Shown here in pieces: positions 1-13,417 of a DNA stretch of 64,000 nt. The notes under the pieces were generated by a model. It had not been told where the DNA came from. It ran no database searches and saw only the letters and a list, made by a program, of their open reading frames with translations. The translations under genes and the position numbers were made by a program. The first letter of the stretch is position 1. The number at the start of each line of letters is the position of its first letter. The stretch comes from an uncultured delta proteobacterium (GTDB lineage Bacteria; Desulfobacterota; Zymogenia; Zymogenales; Zymogenaceae). The stretch lies in assembly GCA_963735595.1 (NCBI GenBank), contig CAVTLK010000005.1:864001-928000 (forward strand). The letters are read 5' to 3'.

Positions 1-412
1 GAAACGAGACGAACCTGAACGCCCAGAAGGGGAGGGTCGCCAACAGACGCCGCGTGTCTTTGCCTGATATCGCCAGGGGGCTGGTCTTGCGTGTAGAAAA
101 GCGAAAGACATCCTCAAGCACCACGATCGCCGGAGAGCTCGGGATAGAGCGAGCCCCCGACCCGCTTGCTGCGTGAAGTTGCCGACGACCAGCTCGTCGG
201 GATAAATGGTGACGGTCTTTTCGACCAGTACGTTCCGCAGCGCCTCGGCGATCCGTACGTGGGGAGATTTCTTTCGGTTCTTCCGCTTCCTGAAGTAGTC
301 GGTCCATATCAGCGCCCGCTCCGGGCAGACGGCGGGTATAGCGGTTACTAACCGCCCGATGGAGGGCGGCGATCCGGGGGGACATTTCCGTCGTATGCGT
401 CGTTTTTTTCAT
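1..412 (-). CDS. Glycyl radical enzyme (pyruvate formate-lyase family), N-terminal part, frameshifted, runs off the window
   Basis: Not in the ORF track. Manual translation across indels gives ...PAVCPERALIWTDYFRK...SPHVRIAEALRNVLVEKTVTIYPDELVVGNFT.KRVGGSLYPEL, the typical GRE N-terminus (ERA...AL..I...ELIVGN...PE). ATG at 412 with a purine-rich RBS. Confidence 0.8.
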   Translation of the reverse strand, partial: MKKTTHTTEMSPRIAALHRAVSNRYTRRLPGAGADMDRLLQEAEEPKEISPRTDRRGAAERTGRKDRHHLSRRAGRRQLHAASGSGARSIPSSPAIVVLEDVFRFSTRKTSPLAISGKDTRRLLATLPFWAFRFVSF

Positions 413-610
413 TTAGTCTTCCCTTCTGTTGGGTGTCACGATTGCCGGAAATCGATCCGGCGGCGTATCTATAACCTCCGTGCTTGGGAGTGCGGTGGCA
501 GTCATCTCGGCCCGACGATATTACACCCGAAACTACAGGCCGCCCGCCGCCGGAGACGTACCGGGCGGGCGGATGTCCTCGTTGGCCCGGAGGCTGTTTG
601 GGCGGCCCAG

Positions 611-2285
611 TCACTTGCCGGGCAGCGTAAAGGTAACATCGGTGCCGTGTTCCTGCCGGCTGGTGATGGTTACCGAACCTCCGTGGGCCTCAATTATCAG
701 CTTCACCGTCGGGCAGGCCCAATCCGGTGCCCCCGTCCTTGGTGGAAAAAAACGGTTCAAAAATAAACGGCCGTATTTCATCTTCGATCCCCGTGCCGCT
801 GTCAGAAACGGAGACGGAGACTAACCTGTCCCCGCCGACGGTGCTCCCGTCATCCTGATTCGAATGCTGTCCTCCGTCGCTCATGGCGTCGGCCGCATTG
901 AGCAGGAGGTTCCAGAAGACCTGTTTGAGCTGCATGAAATCCCCGACGATCGTCGTCTTTCCGTTAAACTCGGTGCTGATGCTGATATCGGCGCTCCCCT
1001 TTCGGGGTATTTTTGAAAACCGTTATGGTTTCGTCGATTACCTTCTTGAGATCGATCGGGCTCTTTCTTTACGGTCAGGGGACGGGCGTACATCAGGAAA
1101 TTCGTTATCAGGTGGTTGAGGCGGTTGATCTCTTTTAAGACGATGTCCATGAGCTCCCTGTTGGAACCTGAAAGAGACAGCTCGTTTTCTCAAAAGCTGA
1201 ATGGATGCGCTCATAGAGCCGAGGGGATTCCTGATCTCGTGGGCAAGGTTGGCGGCAAACTTGCCGAGATTTACCAGGGTATCGTTTCTCTTGATCTCCT
1301 CTTCCATCTCCTTAATATGAGTGATGTCAAGAAACAGGATGATCTTTCCCACCTGCTGGTTTCGCGCATTTTTGAGGGGCGATACGGAAAAGCCGAGGAA
1401 ATACCGATTGCCCTTGTTCCGAGACGAATTCTCTCGTCCAGCGATTGAGTCCGCCGGATGCCCGTGACGCCTCGCTTCTCGGCGATATCGTTCAGAATGC
1501 CGACAATTACGTCGTCGACCGGCGAGAGGTACACCTGTCGGAGCGATCTTCCCGGTAATGATCTCCGCCTGCCGGTTAAACGAGATGATACGGCCCTTCC
1601 GGTCTATGGTGATCAGGCCCGTCTGGATGTTCTGGATGATATTGTTGTTGAGTATCTTGAGTTCTTCAAAGTCGATTCTCTTTTCTATCAGCTCTTCGCC
1701 GGTCTTCTTTACCTGCTCGGAGAGATATCCGGAAAGGAATGCGACGATGTAGAACGCGACGATATTAATAAATATATTATAGAAGACATAGCTTTCGTTA
1801 TAGTTCGGGTGAATGCCGGCAATAGTCGAGGGGATGATGCCGTAATAGTCCAGGTCCACCATGACGCCGTATAGTATCCCCGACATCGACGCGGTCAAAA
1901 AGCCGCCGGGGCGGTATAAAATGATGCTCGCGCTGATGATTGACAGGATGTAGAGGAACGAAAAGATGCTCTCGACCGCCCCGGTGATAAAGATCATCCC
2001 GGTGATGATCAGGATGTCAAAAGCGAGCTGTAGGTATGCGATCGCGGTGAGGTACTTCTGGGCGAACTTGATAAGGAGAATATAGATAACGGTGAGAAAA
2101 TACGTCAGGCCGATCAGAAAATAAAGATAGACGAGCTGCGGGGCGATGAAGTGCCCCTTTTCCGAGTATTGGAAGACGACGGAAGCCCCCAGGAGCACCG
2201 AGATAATCAGGACCCGCGAGAACATGAATATCTCGATGTTCTTCCTCAGGTTCGTGTTCCTGAGCTTCTTACTTTCGGTGGGCAT
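611..2285 (-). CDS. pilS: PilS-type sensor histidine kinase (TM helices, PAS, HisKA, HATPase), several indels
   Basis: Hydrophobic N-terminus; LAHEIRNPL H-box, QVFWNLLLNA N-box, DSGTGI, FEPFFSTK.GGTGLGL spread over ORFs 1038-2285, 881-1150 and 690-935; C-terminus ...AHGGSVTITS...FTLPGK* ends at 611; follows pilC. Confidence 0.85.
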
Positions 2286-2369
2286 AAGGGGCCTGATTAG
2301 ATTTTCCGGGCAAGCACGTACGCGGACCCGTCACGTGGCACGGTGTACATCGCATGAAGGGCCGCTCGA

Positions 2370-3588
<1,219 letters not shown>

Positions 3589-3711
3589 GATTTATTCCTC
3601 GTATGTAATTGTCATCACGCGTGTGTTCGTTTCATTGTTTTTGGGCTCGTGCCGCGTTCACGGATCGCTCGTTATCTTCCCGCCTTCCCTATGTCTTCTG
3701 GGGCGTCGGCC

Positions 3712-4822
3712 TCATCTGCGCCTACGGCGTGCTCCTGGCCGCCGGCCCGTTCCCCCGCGCGAGAGCATCTGGCGCATCTCTTCCTGATCCGGGCTCCTGC
3801 CCATCGCCACGTCCAGTGTAATGAGTCCCTTCGTATAGAGAGCAACGAGGGATTGATTCATCGTCTGCATCCCGAATTTCGTCTGGCCGACCTGCATGAT
3901 CGAGTATATCTGGTGGATCTTGTCCTCACGGACCAGGTTCCTGATAGCCGCGTTGGGAACCATGATTTCCAGTGCGAGGACCCGTCCCTTGCCGCCGGAT
4001 CTCGGCAGCAGCTGCTGGCAGAGGACACCCTTCGAGGACGAACGAAATCTGCGCCCGGATCTGGGATTGCTGATACGGGGGGAAGACGTCGATAATCCGG
4101 TTGATGGTCTGTACGGCGGAGTTGGTATGCAGGGTGGCGAAGACGAGGTGGCCCGTCTCGGCGGTGGTCAGGGCGGCCTCGATCGTTTCAAGGTCCCGCA
4201 TCTCGCCGATCAAAACGACGTCCGGGTCCTGCCTCAGGATGTACTTAAGCGATATCTTGAAGCTCTCGGTATCGGCCCCCACCTCCCGCTGGTTGACAAT
4301 GCAGTTTTTGTGGGGGTGGAGATACTCGATGGGGTCCTCGATCGTGACGATATGTTCGTGTCGGTCTTCATTGACTTTGTTGATCATGGAAGCCAGTGTC
4401 GTCGATTTACCGGAACCGGTAGGCCCGGTGACCAGGACCAGACCCCGGGGGCGCTTGGTCAGCTCCTCCACGACGGGAGGCAGTCCCAACTCCTGAAAGG
4501 ACATGAACTTATAGGGAATAATCCGGAAGGCGGCGGCCATCGCGCCCCGCTGCATGAACATGTTGGCGCGAAAACGGGAAAGGCCTTTGACGCCGAACGA
4601 CAGATCGAGCTCGTTGTTGTCTTCGAATTTGTGTTTCTGGGCATCGGTCAGGATGCTGTAGCAGAGGTTCTTGGTATCGGCTCCGGTAAGGGGATCCATG
4701 GCCAGGGGAATCAGCCGCCCGTCTACGCGGATCTGCGGCGGGGTGCCGGTCGTGATGTGGAGGTCGGTAGCGCCTTTTTCTACCATTACCTTTAGCAACT
4801 GATGAAGACTGACCATTCCCAT
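3712..4822 (-). CDS. pilT: Type IV pilus retraction ATPase PilT, indels near 3960-4030
   Basis: [53 protein letters not shown] motif. Confidence 0.95.
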
Positions 4823-4858
4823 CTACCCCCTCTATGTCTACGTGTGGAATATTCACGG

Positions 4859-6668
4859 TTAGTCGGCGGCCGAGCATCGGACTACTTCCTCCAGCGTGGT
4901 GATCCCTTCCTTTCAGCTTCGTGATCCCCGCCTGTCTCAGCGACTTCATGCCGTGGCGCATCGCCTCTCGTTTGAGTTCGGCCGTCGACGCGCCGTTAAG
5001 GACCAGCTCCCTCAGCTCGTCGTTCATCTTCATCACCTCATAGAGGGCGACCCGACCCTTGATATCCGGTGCCGGCGCAGACGGAACATCCCTTGCCCTT
5101 ATAGACCTTGACTTCTCCGGCCTCGTCCGGGAGGCACACCGATATCGATGAGCGCCTGGGCCGAGACCTCGATCTGCTGCCTTGCATTCGGTGCAGATCT
5201 TGCGGGCGAGCCGCTGGGCGACGATGGCGTTGAGCGACGAGGAGACGAGGAACGGCTCGATCCCCATGTTGAGCAGCCGGTTGATGGTGGACGGGGCGTC
5301 ATTGGTATGGAGCGTGGAGAGGACGAGGTGCCCGGTCAGGGCGGCCTTGATGGCGATCTCGGCGGTTTCGAAATCGCGGATCTCCCCGACCATGATGATA
5401 TCGGGGTCCTGCCGGAGGAACGATCGCAGGGCGGCGGCGAAGTTAAGGCCGATGTCCTCGTGCATCTGGACCTGGTTGATGCCCATGAGGTTGTATTCAA
5501 CCGGATCCTCGGCCGTCATGATATTTTCCGACTCCTTGTTCAGCTCGGCGAGGGCCGAATAGAGGGTGGTGGTCTTTGCCGGACCCGGTCGGGCCGGTGA
5601 CCAGCACCATCCCGTAGGGCTGGTGGATGGCGTCCTTGAAGTGGGTCAGGGCGTTTTCCTCGAAAGCCGAGCTTGGTCATATCCAGCATGAGGTTGGACT
5701 TGTCCAGGAGCCGCATAGACGATTTTTTCGCCGAAGAGGGTCGGCAGCACCGAGACGCGGAAATCCATCTCGCGGCCCTTGCCGAGCTTGAGCTTGATGC
5801 GGCCGTCCTGCGGCAGGCGCCGCTCGGCGATGTCGAGCTTGGACATGATCTTGACGCGCGGAGATGATGGCGTTCTTGATCTTCAGGGGAAGGCCCATGG
5901 CCTTGCGCAACACGCCGTCCATACGGTATCTGACGCGGAAGGTCTTCTCGTAGGGCTCGATGTGGATGTCGCTGACCCGAGCTTGATCCCCTTGATCAGG
6001 ATTCCGTTGACCAGCTTGACGATCGGGGCGTCCACGTTCTCGGACAGGATATCCCCGTCGTCTTTGGTATCGACGACCTCGACGGTATCCACGGCGCCGT
6101 GCACCAGGGAGTCAAAGTCGTCCACTTCGACGACGCCGTCCTCACTGTCCCCGTCCGAAAAGGGGCTGGAGGCGGCGTCGCTGTCCGACAGGTCGTAGTC
6201 CTTGGCGTCGAAATCCATCGAACCGATGGATTCGGAAACACCCCTGGTGCCGTAGTACTTTTTTACCGCCTCGATAATGTCCACTTCGGCGGCCACGACC
6301 GCGTCCACCTTAAAACCGGTCATGAACCGTATGTCCTCGATTACCTGCATGTTGGAGGGGTCGGACATCGCCACGATGAGGCTTGCCCCCGTCCGGGAAA
6401 TCGGGATGACCAGGTGTTTCTTTGCAATATCGGCGCTGACATATTTCAGAACAGCCGGATCAATGTCGTATTCGTTGAGGTTGATGGAAGGAACGTTGTA
6501 TTGCTGGCTCAGGAAATCCGTCAGGGCCGTCTCGGTAAGGAACCCCAGCTTGGAGAGCTGATTTGCGAGCCTCCCGCCCGATGCCTTCTGCTGTTCGACG
6601 GCCTTTTGGAGCTGGTCTGTCGTGATGACCTTGTTCCTGACCAGAAGCTGTCCCAATCTCTCATGCAT
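4859..6668 (-). CDS. pilB: Type IV pilus assembly ATPase PilB, multiple indels
   Basis: RLGQLL N-terminus, [51 protein letters not shown], CxxC zinc motif. Confidence 0.93.
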
Positions 6669-6867
6669 AAAGTGTTACCCCCGGTTCTCACTGTTCGGTA
6701 TGATTGGGTTCGATAGTCGCATAACCACCCTATACTATACTAAAAATCGCGTTATTGTCAAGTTCTATGTTTGCCGGGATTACTTGCCGCGCGCGTCAGG
6801 GTCGGTTCGGCGGGTTTGGCGGGTGTCCGGGCCTACCGCGGCGCCGGCCTTTGGTGCGGATTCGCTG

Positions 6868-7724
6868 TCAGAGTTCGAGGGCCGAGCGCATGGCGGAAAG
6901 CGGCGGCGTCCTGATTGGTCCAGAGGGAAAACGAGCGGGCCCCCTGGAAGAGGAGCATCGCCAGGCCGTCGGAGAAGACCGAGGGCGTGCCGGGCAAGGA
7001 TTTCGCTGACGGGGGCGTTATCCCGGCCGTAGTTCATGTCAAAGACCAGCGCCCCCTTCCTGAGCCCCGTCAGATCGATATCACAGAAACGTCCCGGACG
7101 TGACGGGCAATGCCGTGGCGTTGATCACGATGTCGGTTGAGCCGATCACGCCGCCGAGGTCTGCGGCCGTAAGCGGGGCGGCGGCCGCCCGCCGGTCGCA
7201 CAACTCCCGGGCCAGTTGCTCGGCCTTTGCGACCGAGCGGTTGGCAATGACGATATCGCCGGCGCCTCCGGCCAAAAGCGCCGGCAGCACCCCCCGGGCC
7301 GCCCCGCCCGCGCCGAAAACGAGGATCGTTTTATCCCGGATGGGCTCCCCGAGCCGTTGTTCGAGGGCGGCGACCAGCCCGTCGCCGTCGGTGCTGTGTG
7401 CCGATGAGCGCTACCCCCGTCAAACACGATGGTGTTTACCGAGCCGCTCTTTTCGGCAGTGCCCGAGAGGCGATCGAGAAACGGGATGACTGCCTGCTTA
7501 TGCGGTGCGGTGACGTTTGCCCCGCCGCAGCCGACCTCTTTCAGCGCGCCGAGCACGGCCCCGAGCGCGGGCCCGCCGACCGGCAGCGCCAGGTAGACGC
7601 CGTCGATGCCGGCGGCGGCAAATGCCGCGTTCATCATCGCCGGCGATTTCGATCGTGAGACGGGGTCTCCCAAAAGGCAGAAGAGGCGTGTGTGTGACGA
7701 GACGCGCGTCGATCCGGCCATCAT
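6868..7724 (-). CDS. aroE: Shikimate dehydrogenase, frameshifted; 3' end approximate
   Basis: LLGDPVSRSKSP, GANVTAPHK, SVNT, IANRS, INAT, DMNY, GLAMLLFQG motifs across frames. Confidence 0.88.
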
Positions 7725-8507
7725 TTATTGGCGTCGATGTAGCCCCGTATGTCTGCCGCGTTGGGGTCGGTGGGGTTGAGCACAAGGTAGCGCTCGAAGC
7801 AGGCCGACGGCTTCGGCGGCGTCGCCCTCGTTGCGGTAGATTACGCCGAGGTTGTAGTAGGCGTCGGCAATCGTGGGGTCAAGGGATATCGCGCGGCGGT
7901 ATTGCAGCTTCGCGTATGAGACTTCATCGAGCTGGTCATAGGCGAACCCGAGGTAGAAATAGATCTCGGCGGTCTCGGTGCCGGTGTCGCGCATAACCTG
8001 GGTGATGTAGGTGATCGCGTCGTTATAGCGCCGGCCGTCAATCATCGTCTTGACCTTGCCGATGATCTCGGTGTAGGAGGGCGGGTTCTTGATTGACCAG
8101 CCGGAAGGGGTCTCGGTCCCGGAAGAGGTGTAGGTCTTCCGGTCGTCGTTGAGCGCATAGTACTGGTTGACGCCGTCCTTCTTTTTGACGACCACGCCGT
8201 AGGTAAGGTCGTTGTAGGTGAGGGTCTCGATGGTATCCGGCCCGCTGACGAAGTGCTCCACCCACGTCTCCGGCCCGGCCACGCCGGTCAGCACGTCGCG
8301 CCGGGTCTTGTAGCCGGTTTCGGCAAACGCCGGGTCGTGCATGGCAAAGCGCAGGAGGTCGGAATAATATATCTTTGCCGGGGGAACCTGGGCCGCGGCG
8401 GGGGAGGGGAGGGCTATGGTGCAAAGGAAGAGAACCAAAGCCGGTAAAAGTCGGGCCACGCGATGCGGCGTACGATTCGATTTACTCATCGTGAACCTCC
8501 CTTCCAT
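7725..8507 (-). CDS. Secreted protein with C-terminal TPR repeats
   Basis: Signal peptide; AEIYFYLGFAY..YRRAISLDPTIADAYYNLGVIY TPR consensus. Confidence 0.8.
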   Translation of the reverse strand: MEGRFTMSKSNRTPHRVARLLPALVLFLCTIALPSPAAAQVPPAKIYYSDLLRFAMHDPAFAETGYKTRRDVLTGVAGPETWVEHFVSGPDTIETLTYNDLTYGVVVKKKDGVNQYYALNDDRKTYTSSGTETPSGWSIKNPPSYTEIIGKVKTMIDGRRYNDAITYITQVMRDTGTETAEIYFYLGFAYDQLDEVSYAKLQYRRAISLDPTIADAYYNLGVIYRNEGDAAEAVGLLRALPCAQPHRPQRGRHTGLHRRQ

Positions 8508-8686
8508 ACCGATATGACATAATGATGTAGATTATATCCTGTCGGAAGGGGATGTCAAGGACGCAATCACCTCGGGTCTCGGCGAAGGGCTTGATAGAAG
8601 CGGGTTTGGACTTGTCAAGGTAGTTAGTTCGCGCCTCCTCGACCTAGATCCTATATTACAGCCCGGTAACTGACCCGGCCTAACCC

Positions 8687-10248
8687 TTACAGTTTCTTTG
8701 TCATAGAGATGAAATCCGCGACTGCCTTCCGGGCCCTGGGGTCTTGCATAATGCATAGGGATTCGAGCGCCCCTTTACGGACATAGTGATCGGGGTCCTT
8801 TAGGGAGGCGATCAGCGCGGTGACCACCCGCGGCTCCTCGAAGCGCCGCAGTCCCCGAGCAGCCGCCTCCCTTACGGAGGGGCTCATATCTTTGAGACAG
8901 GCCAGAAGTGCGTCACAAACCGCGGGGGAATTAATGCTGGCAAGGCTTGCGGCTGCGGCGGCCCGTACGCCCGCGTCCTTATCTTTGAGGGCACCGATCA
9001 CGATGGAGACGATGCGCGGATCGTTGATCTGTGCGAGCGCCTCGACGACGGACTCCCGCACGTTGGCGTTCGCATCGGAAAGTGCTTTCGTGAGGGGCCC
9101 TATCATGTTCGGGTTCCGGGTTGACCCGAGGAGAGTCGCGGCGGCCACGCAAACTCTCCAATCGGGATTAGCCAGGGATTCGGCAACCACGTTCCACGAC
9201 TCAGCTGTATCAATTAAGGCTATGGCCCGCAGGATGGTAAGGGCCACATCACCCGTGTTTTCGGACAGTGCCGCCTTGAGGGGCTCAATGTTCTTGGGAT
9301 CTTTCATCATGCCGAGGTAGGACGCCGCCATGCCCCGGACCCCGGGTCGGAGTCTTTAAGGTGGCCGAGAACGGCGTCGGGAATCCGGGGATCTTTGAAT
9401 TTGGCGAGGAACTTGATTGCGATCGTCCGCATCTCGTAGTCGGTGTCATCCAGGGCGGCAAGCAGGGGGTCGAGCGCGCGGCTGTCGCCGATGTTGCCTA
9501 GGCCGTACAGGGCATATTTCCTGACCTGTGGGTTGGTGTCCTTGACGACGCCCAGAAGAGGCTCCGCGATGTCCGGTGTACTGAAGTACGACAGGAACAT
9601 GGCCGCGACGCCGCGCACCTTCGCGTCTTCGCTCTTGAGCTCCGGGGCCAGCGCCTCGATGTAGATCGCGGATACGTCCTCCTCACGCTGGCTACCGGTA
9701 CCATGGAACAGCTCATGGAAAATGTAAATACCGGTTCCGTGGCCGAAAGAGGCGTACCTGGAGTAGTATCTCGCCGCAATCTTGACGAGGGAGGGTAGTG
9801 CCGCCTTGATTACTTCCGGTTCCCGCGTTGTTCTCAGGAGGTTGATGAGGGATTTCATCCCCCCCTCGTCGCCGATCTCTCCGAGGGCCCACGCCGCCGC
9901 CTCCGCAAACGCCGGGTCCGCGCCTTTCAGAGCGTCCGAGAGGGGCTTGACGGCACGCTTGTCCTTGAGCCTGCCCAAGGCGCGGGCCGCGGCCGTCCGT
10001 ACCTTAATATTGGTGTCGGCAAGCGCGTCCACGATAACGTCATAGGCGCGAGTATCTCCTGCCACGCTAAGTCGCGCGATGGCGAAGACCTTGAGCGGCG
10101 TCGGCCCATTCTTGACAAGTGTCGTCAGAAGCGAGACACGGTCAACAAAGAGAGACGTGATCAGGATCGAGAGAACGGCCAGCGCCGTAACAGCGATGAT
10201 GAGCCTTCTATTAGTCTTCTTGGGGGGTTTGACTTCCTTGAGGGTCAT
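8687..10248 (-). CDS. Membrane-anchored HEAT/PBS-lyase repeat protein, one indel near 9335
   Basis: N-terminal TM then many L..AL.D....VR..AA.AL repeats across ORFs 9307-10248 and 8687-9331. Confidence 0.85.
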
Positions 10249-10525
10249 GTCTTACCTCTCGTCAGTAGGTTCCTTGTTCAGCCGGCGGTACGAGTATAGA
10301 CGGTGAGGCCGAGCTAATGCCGATGCGGGAAGGAGAAGATGAAATGACGCCGGTTTCGTGAAATGGGTCATTTGTTAGTAAAACTTTCCTTCAAGATAAA
10401 AAGTGAAAAAACTCCCACTGGGGTCAATTGATGCTGGTTTTTAACGGGGAATTATAAAAATAATATTCAAACGGGAAACGATTGTCAAGGAGATTAGATC
10501 GACTGTATCCCTTCGCCCCCTAATT

Positions 10526-10654
10526 TTATCTCCACGCGCCCCTTCCAACGTACTCCGTCGTCACCACCGCCCGGTCTTTCGTCAGCATCCGCGCCAAAAA
10601 TCCCCCGGCGATCCCTACGACGAAGCCCCCCACGTGCGCCCGGAAGGCAACACC
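10526..10654 (-). repeat. Diverged duplicate of the last ~42 codons of the rhomboid gene (copy of 11367-11495)
   Basis: Translates GVAFRAHVGGFVVGIAGGFLARMLTKDRAVVTTEYVGRGAWR*, versus GVAFWAHVGGFVVGIAGGFLARVLTKDRAVVTTEYGGRGAWR* in the gene. Confidence 0.92.
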
Positions 10655-10696
10655 GGACTTTGCGCGGGTATATCCGCAAATCGCCGCTATCTAATT

Positions 10697-11098
10697 CTAT
10701 GGTGCTGATATGCTTCCCGGCTTCTTTCTACCGCGGGGTGTGTTGTCGAAATCAGAATCAAAGCTGACGATTTCGAGATCAAATCTCTGAGACAGAGCGT
10801 ATTGATATGCGTCATCGAAGTCAAGATTAAACTGCGACGCGGGATTTATCGCCGAGGCCATCTCATGGGGTTTGAGAGATACCGTCGATAATCCAAGGCT
10901 TTCAATGTCGCTTAGAAATGCGTAGAAAATTTCGTACCGGTGCTTATAAAAGAGGATGATGCCTATGGAGTGGATCGTGAAATCAGAGATATAGAACTCA
11001 TGTTCGGCACGGTTCTTTAGGAACTCCAATGCCTCCTCGGCCTTTTCCTGTTCAAGCAGGATTTCGAGAAATACGTTCGTATCGAGCAACAACCTCAT
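10697..11098 (-). CDS. PIN-domain (VapC-like) toxin
   Basis: MRLLLDTNVFLE...LDFDDAYQ...IVSFDSDFD. ATG at 11098 overlaps the antitoxin stop (ATGA). Confidence 0.9.
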   Translation of the reverse strand: MRLLLDTNVFLEILLEQEKAEEALEFLKNRAEHEFYISDFTIHSIGIILFYKHRYEIFYAFLSDIESLGLSTVSLKPHEMASAINPASQFNLDFDDAYQYALSQRFDLEIVSFDSDFDNTPRGRKKPGSISAP

Positions 11099-11306
11099 TT
11101 CTCTTTGGTCCTCAAACTCGATATATCGTGCTGTAATTTGACCGAGGTATACCGGTCCCGCAAGTCCCTCAACCCCCCCGCCCATGAGAACGTGGGTCTC
11201 CCTTTCGGCCTCGATTGCCTTTTTTCGATCAAGAAATCTATAAATCCGACACCTCTTTCCGGTCTTCGGGAGGTAAGCGCCTAACTCTTTCATTGATATC
11301 TTTCAT
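11095..11306 (-). CDS. DUF2281-like antitoxin (one indel)
   Basis: Manual translation MKDINERVRRLPPEDRKEVSDFIDFLIEKRQ...PTFSWAGGLRDLRDRYTSVKLQHDI; LP....EV.DF.DFL and FSWAG.L signature; coupled to the PIN gene. Confidence 0.82.
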
Positions 11307-11366
11307 GATACATCCTCTATCATCTTTTCTGCCGCTCATTATACCACGCCGGCGATCTCACCGCCA

Positions 11367-12073
11367 CTACCGCCACGCGCCCCTTCCACCGTACTCCGTC
11401 GTCACCACCGCCCGGTCCTTCGTGAGGACGCGCGCCAGGAACCCCCCGGCGATCCCCACGACGAAGCCCCCCACGTGCGCCCAGAAGGCAACACCGCCGC
11501 TCTCGGCGGCGCCGATGGAGGCCACGCCCGAGAATATCTGCAGCACGAACCAGAAGCCGAGAAAGACAATCGCCGGGATGTCCATGATGCGGATAAATAC
11601 AGAAGGAACACCACCGACCTGACCCGCGCCTTGGGATAGAGCACGAAGTATGCCCCCATCACGCCCGCGATCGCGCCGGATGCCCCCACCGTCGGCACCA
11701 TCGAGGAGGGGTCGGTGGCCAGGTGAAGGAGGGACGCGCCGACGCCGGAGGCCAGGTAAAAGAAGAGGAACAGCACGTGGCCCATCCGGTCCTCGACGTT
11801 GTTGCCGAATATATAAAGGTAGAGCATGTTGCCGCCGATGTGCAGCCATCCGGCGTGCATGAACATCGAGGTGAGAAAGGGGACGATCTCATAGCGGGGC
11901 CCGTAGGTCCCCGCCGTGACGTAGGCCGGCACCATCCCGAACTGGTAGAAGACCTGTTCGAGGTTGGCGCCCTCCAGCAGCTCGAAGATAAAGACGATCA
12001 CGTTGATCCCGATGAGGCCCCAGGTGACGACGGGCAGGCGGTATGACTTGATGTTGTCTTTAAACGGCAGCAT
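11367..12073 (-). CDS. Rhomboid family intramembrane serine protease (indel near 11600)
   Basis: FMHAGWLHIGGNMLYL, GASGAIAG, AFWAHVGGF. Confidence 0.92.
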
Positions 12074-12196
12074 GGCGGTTCCCTCCTGTGCCGTTTAGTA
12101 TATATGAATCCGCGGCATCGGTAAAGGGGGAAAAGAGACGGCGCGGGATTGTTCCCGCGCCGAATGCTCAGAAAAAACGTATGGGGTGGCCCAGTT

Positions 12197-13123
12197 TCAT
12201 CGCGTCATGAGGCCGCAAGCCGTCCCGGGCGAAATCAGCTTTGTCGCCCGTCCACTCGAGTCGACCTCTTCGATAAGCCATTCGGCGTAACTCGTTTTTG
12301 TCGGGTCAGTGTACCATCTCACCCGCTTGCCGTCGAATATTTGCCCGTCATATACGCTGTTCTGTACGGTACTTTTAATCGTAACGGTAATCATGGTACC
12401 GTTTTGCTTGATGCTGCACTGTATGTGACTGCACGACTTATCCTTCTTGTTGAACCATTTTCCGCTGATGTCAATGGGCTTGATCTCTAAATCCTTTCTG
12501 GGCTGGTTTGCCTCGATGCGTTTCCCTTTATATTCGACCCGGAGTGGGCCGGACGTGACATTCATGGGGAGCTCTACCACGACGTTGTAATTGCTCGTGT
12601 ATTTCGTAATGGGCAGCACCGCCCCGTTGTGCCAGATCTTTACGTCGTGCGCAACGGGCTCTTTGAAGTTCAGCCACACCTCGCCTCCCGGCCACGCCGG
12701 GTTGGGGCCGAAGTTATATTGGAGTTCGCTCGTGGTGCCGCCGCCCGGTGCCGTTCCCGTTCCCGGCCCGGTGCCCGTTCCTGTCCCTCCGCCCGGCGCG
12801 GGGCGCCGGAAGACAACGCCGTTGCTCCAGCTGATCTCGATGGCCGCACCCGACGGGTTGGTGACGATCATACCGGTGGCAAACCCGAAGGGCCAGCCGG
12901 CCGAGCAATCCTTGCCGTTGATGGTCCCGACGCCGATCTCGCCGGTCGCCGGCACCTTCCAGTTGAAGGCGGTCCCGACCTGGGTGATATCGTACTCGAC
13001 GCCGTTGCTCCCCCACCAGTGGCCGGTAATATCCATGCCGGCGGCAACGGCCGGGCCGCCGATGACCAGGAGGGCGGCCAGGATTGCCGCAAAGACGGTG
13101 GTAGATACAATACTCCTTTTCAT
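12197..13123 (-). CDS. Secreted multidomain protein with Gly/Thr/Pro linker and probable IPT/TIG-like middle domain
   Basis: Signal peptide; DITGHW and DISGKW begin two similar beta-rich modules; PAPGGGTGTGTGPGTGTAPGGGT linker. Confidence 0.65.
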   Translation of the reverse strand: MKRSIVSTTVFAAILAALLVIGGPAVAAGMDITGHWWGSNGVEYDITQVGTAFNWKVPATGEIGVGTINGKDCSAGWPFGFATGMIVTNPSGAAIEISWSNGVVFRRPAPGGGTGTGTGPGTGTAPGGGTTSELQYNFGPNPAWPGGEVWLNFKEPVAHDVKIWHNGAVLPITKYTSNYNVVVELPMNVTSGPLRVEYKGKRIEANQPRKDLEIKPIDISGKWFNKKDKSCSHIQCSIKQNGTMITVTIKSTVQNSVYDGQIFDGKRVRWYTDPTKTSYAEWLIEEVDSSGRATKLISPGTACGLMTR

Positions 13124-13417
13124 ACCATTGCCTCACAATAGTAATACAAAAAATTAAGCATCTTTTTCATTTATAGCAGAAATATCAGCATGGGTGCACT
13201 ATTTCCGTGACTGTTCTCACATTATTGTGAATATTGGTGAGTATTTGTTAAATTCACATCATAGCGCTGTGGGGCAGGTCGTTATTAGGCGGCGTCAGAA
13301 CGTGGCGCTTACGCGGGGGTGTTCTCGTTGTGGTGGACGACTATCTGTGATAGCATGAACGTGTCCCATTAGATGCGGAGGCTGCCGTGCCTTCGGGCCG
13401 GCTGAGGGAGACGACGG

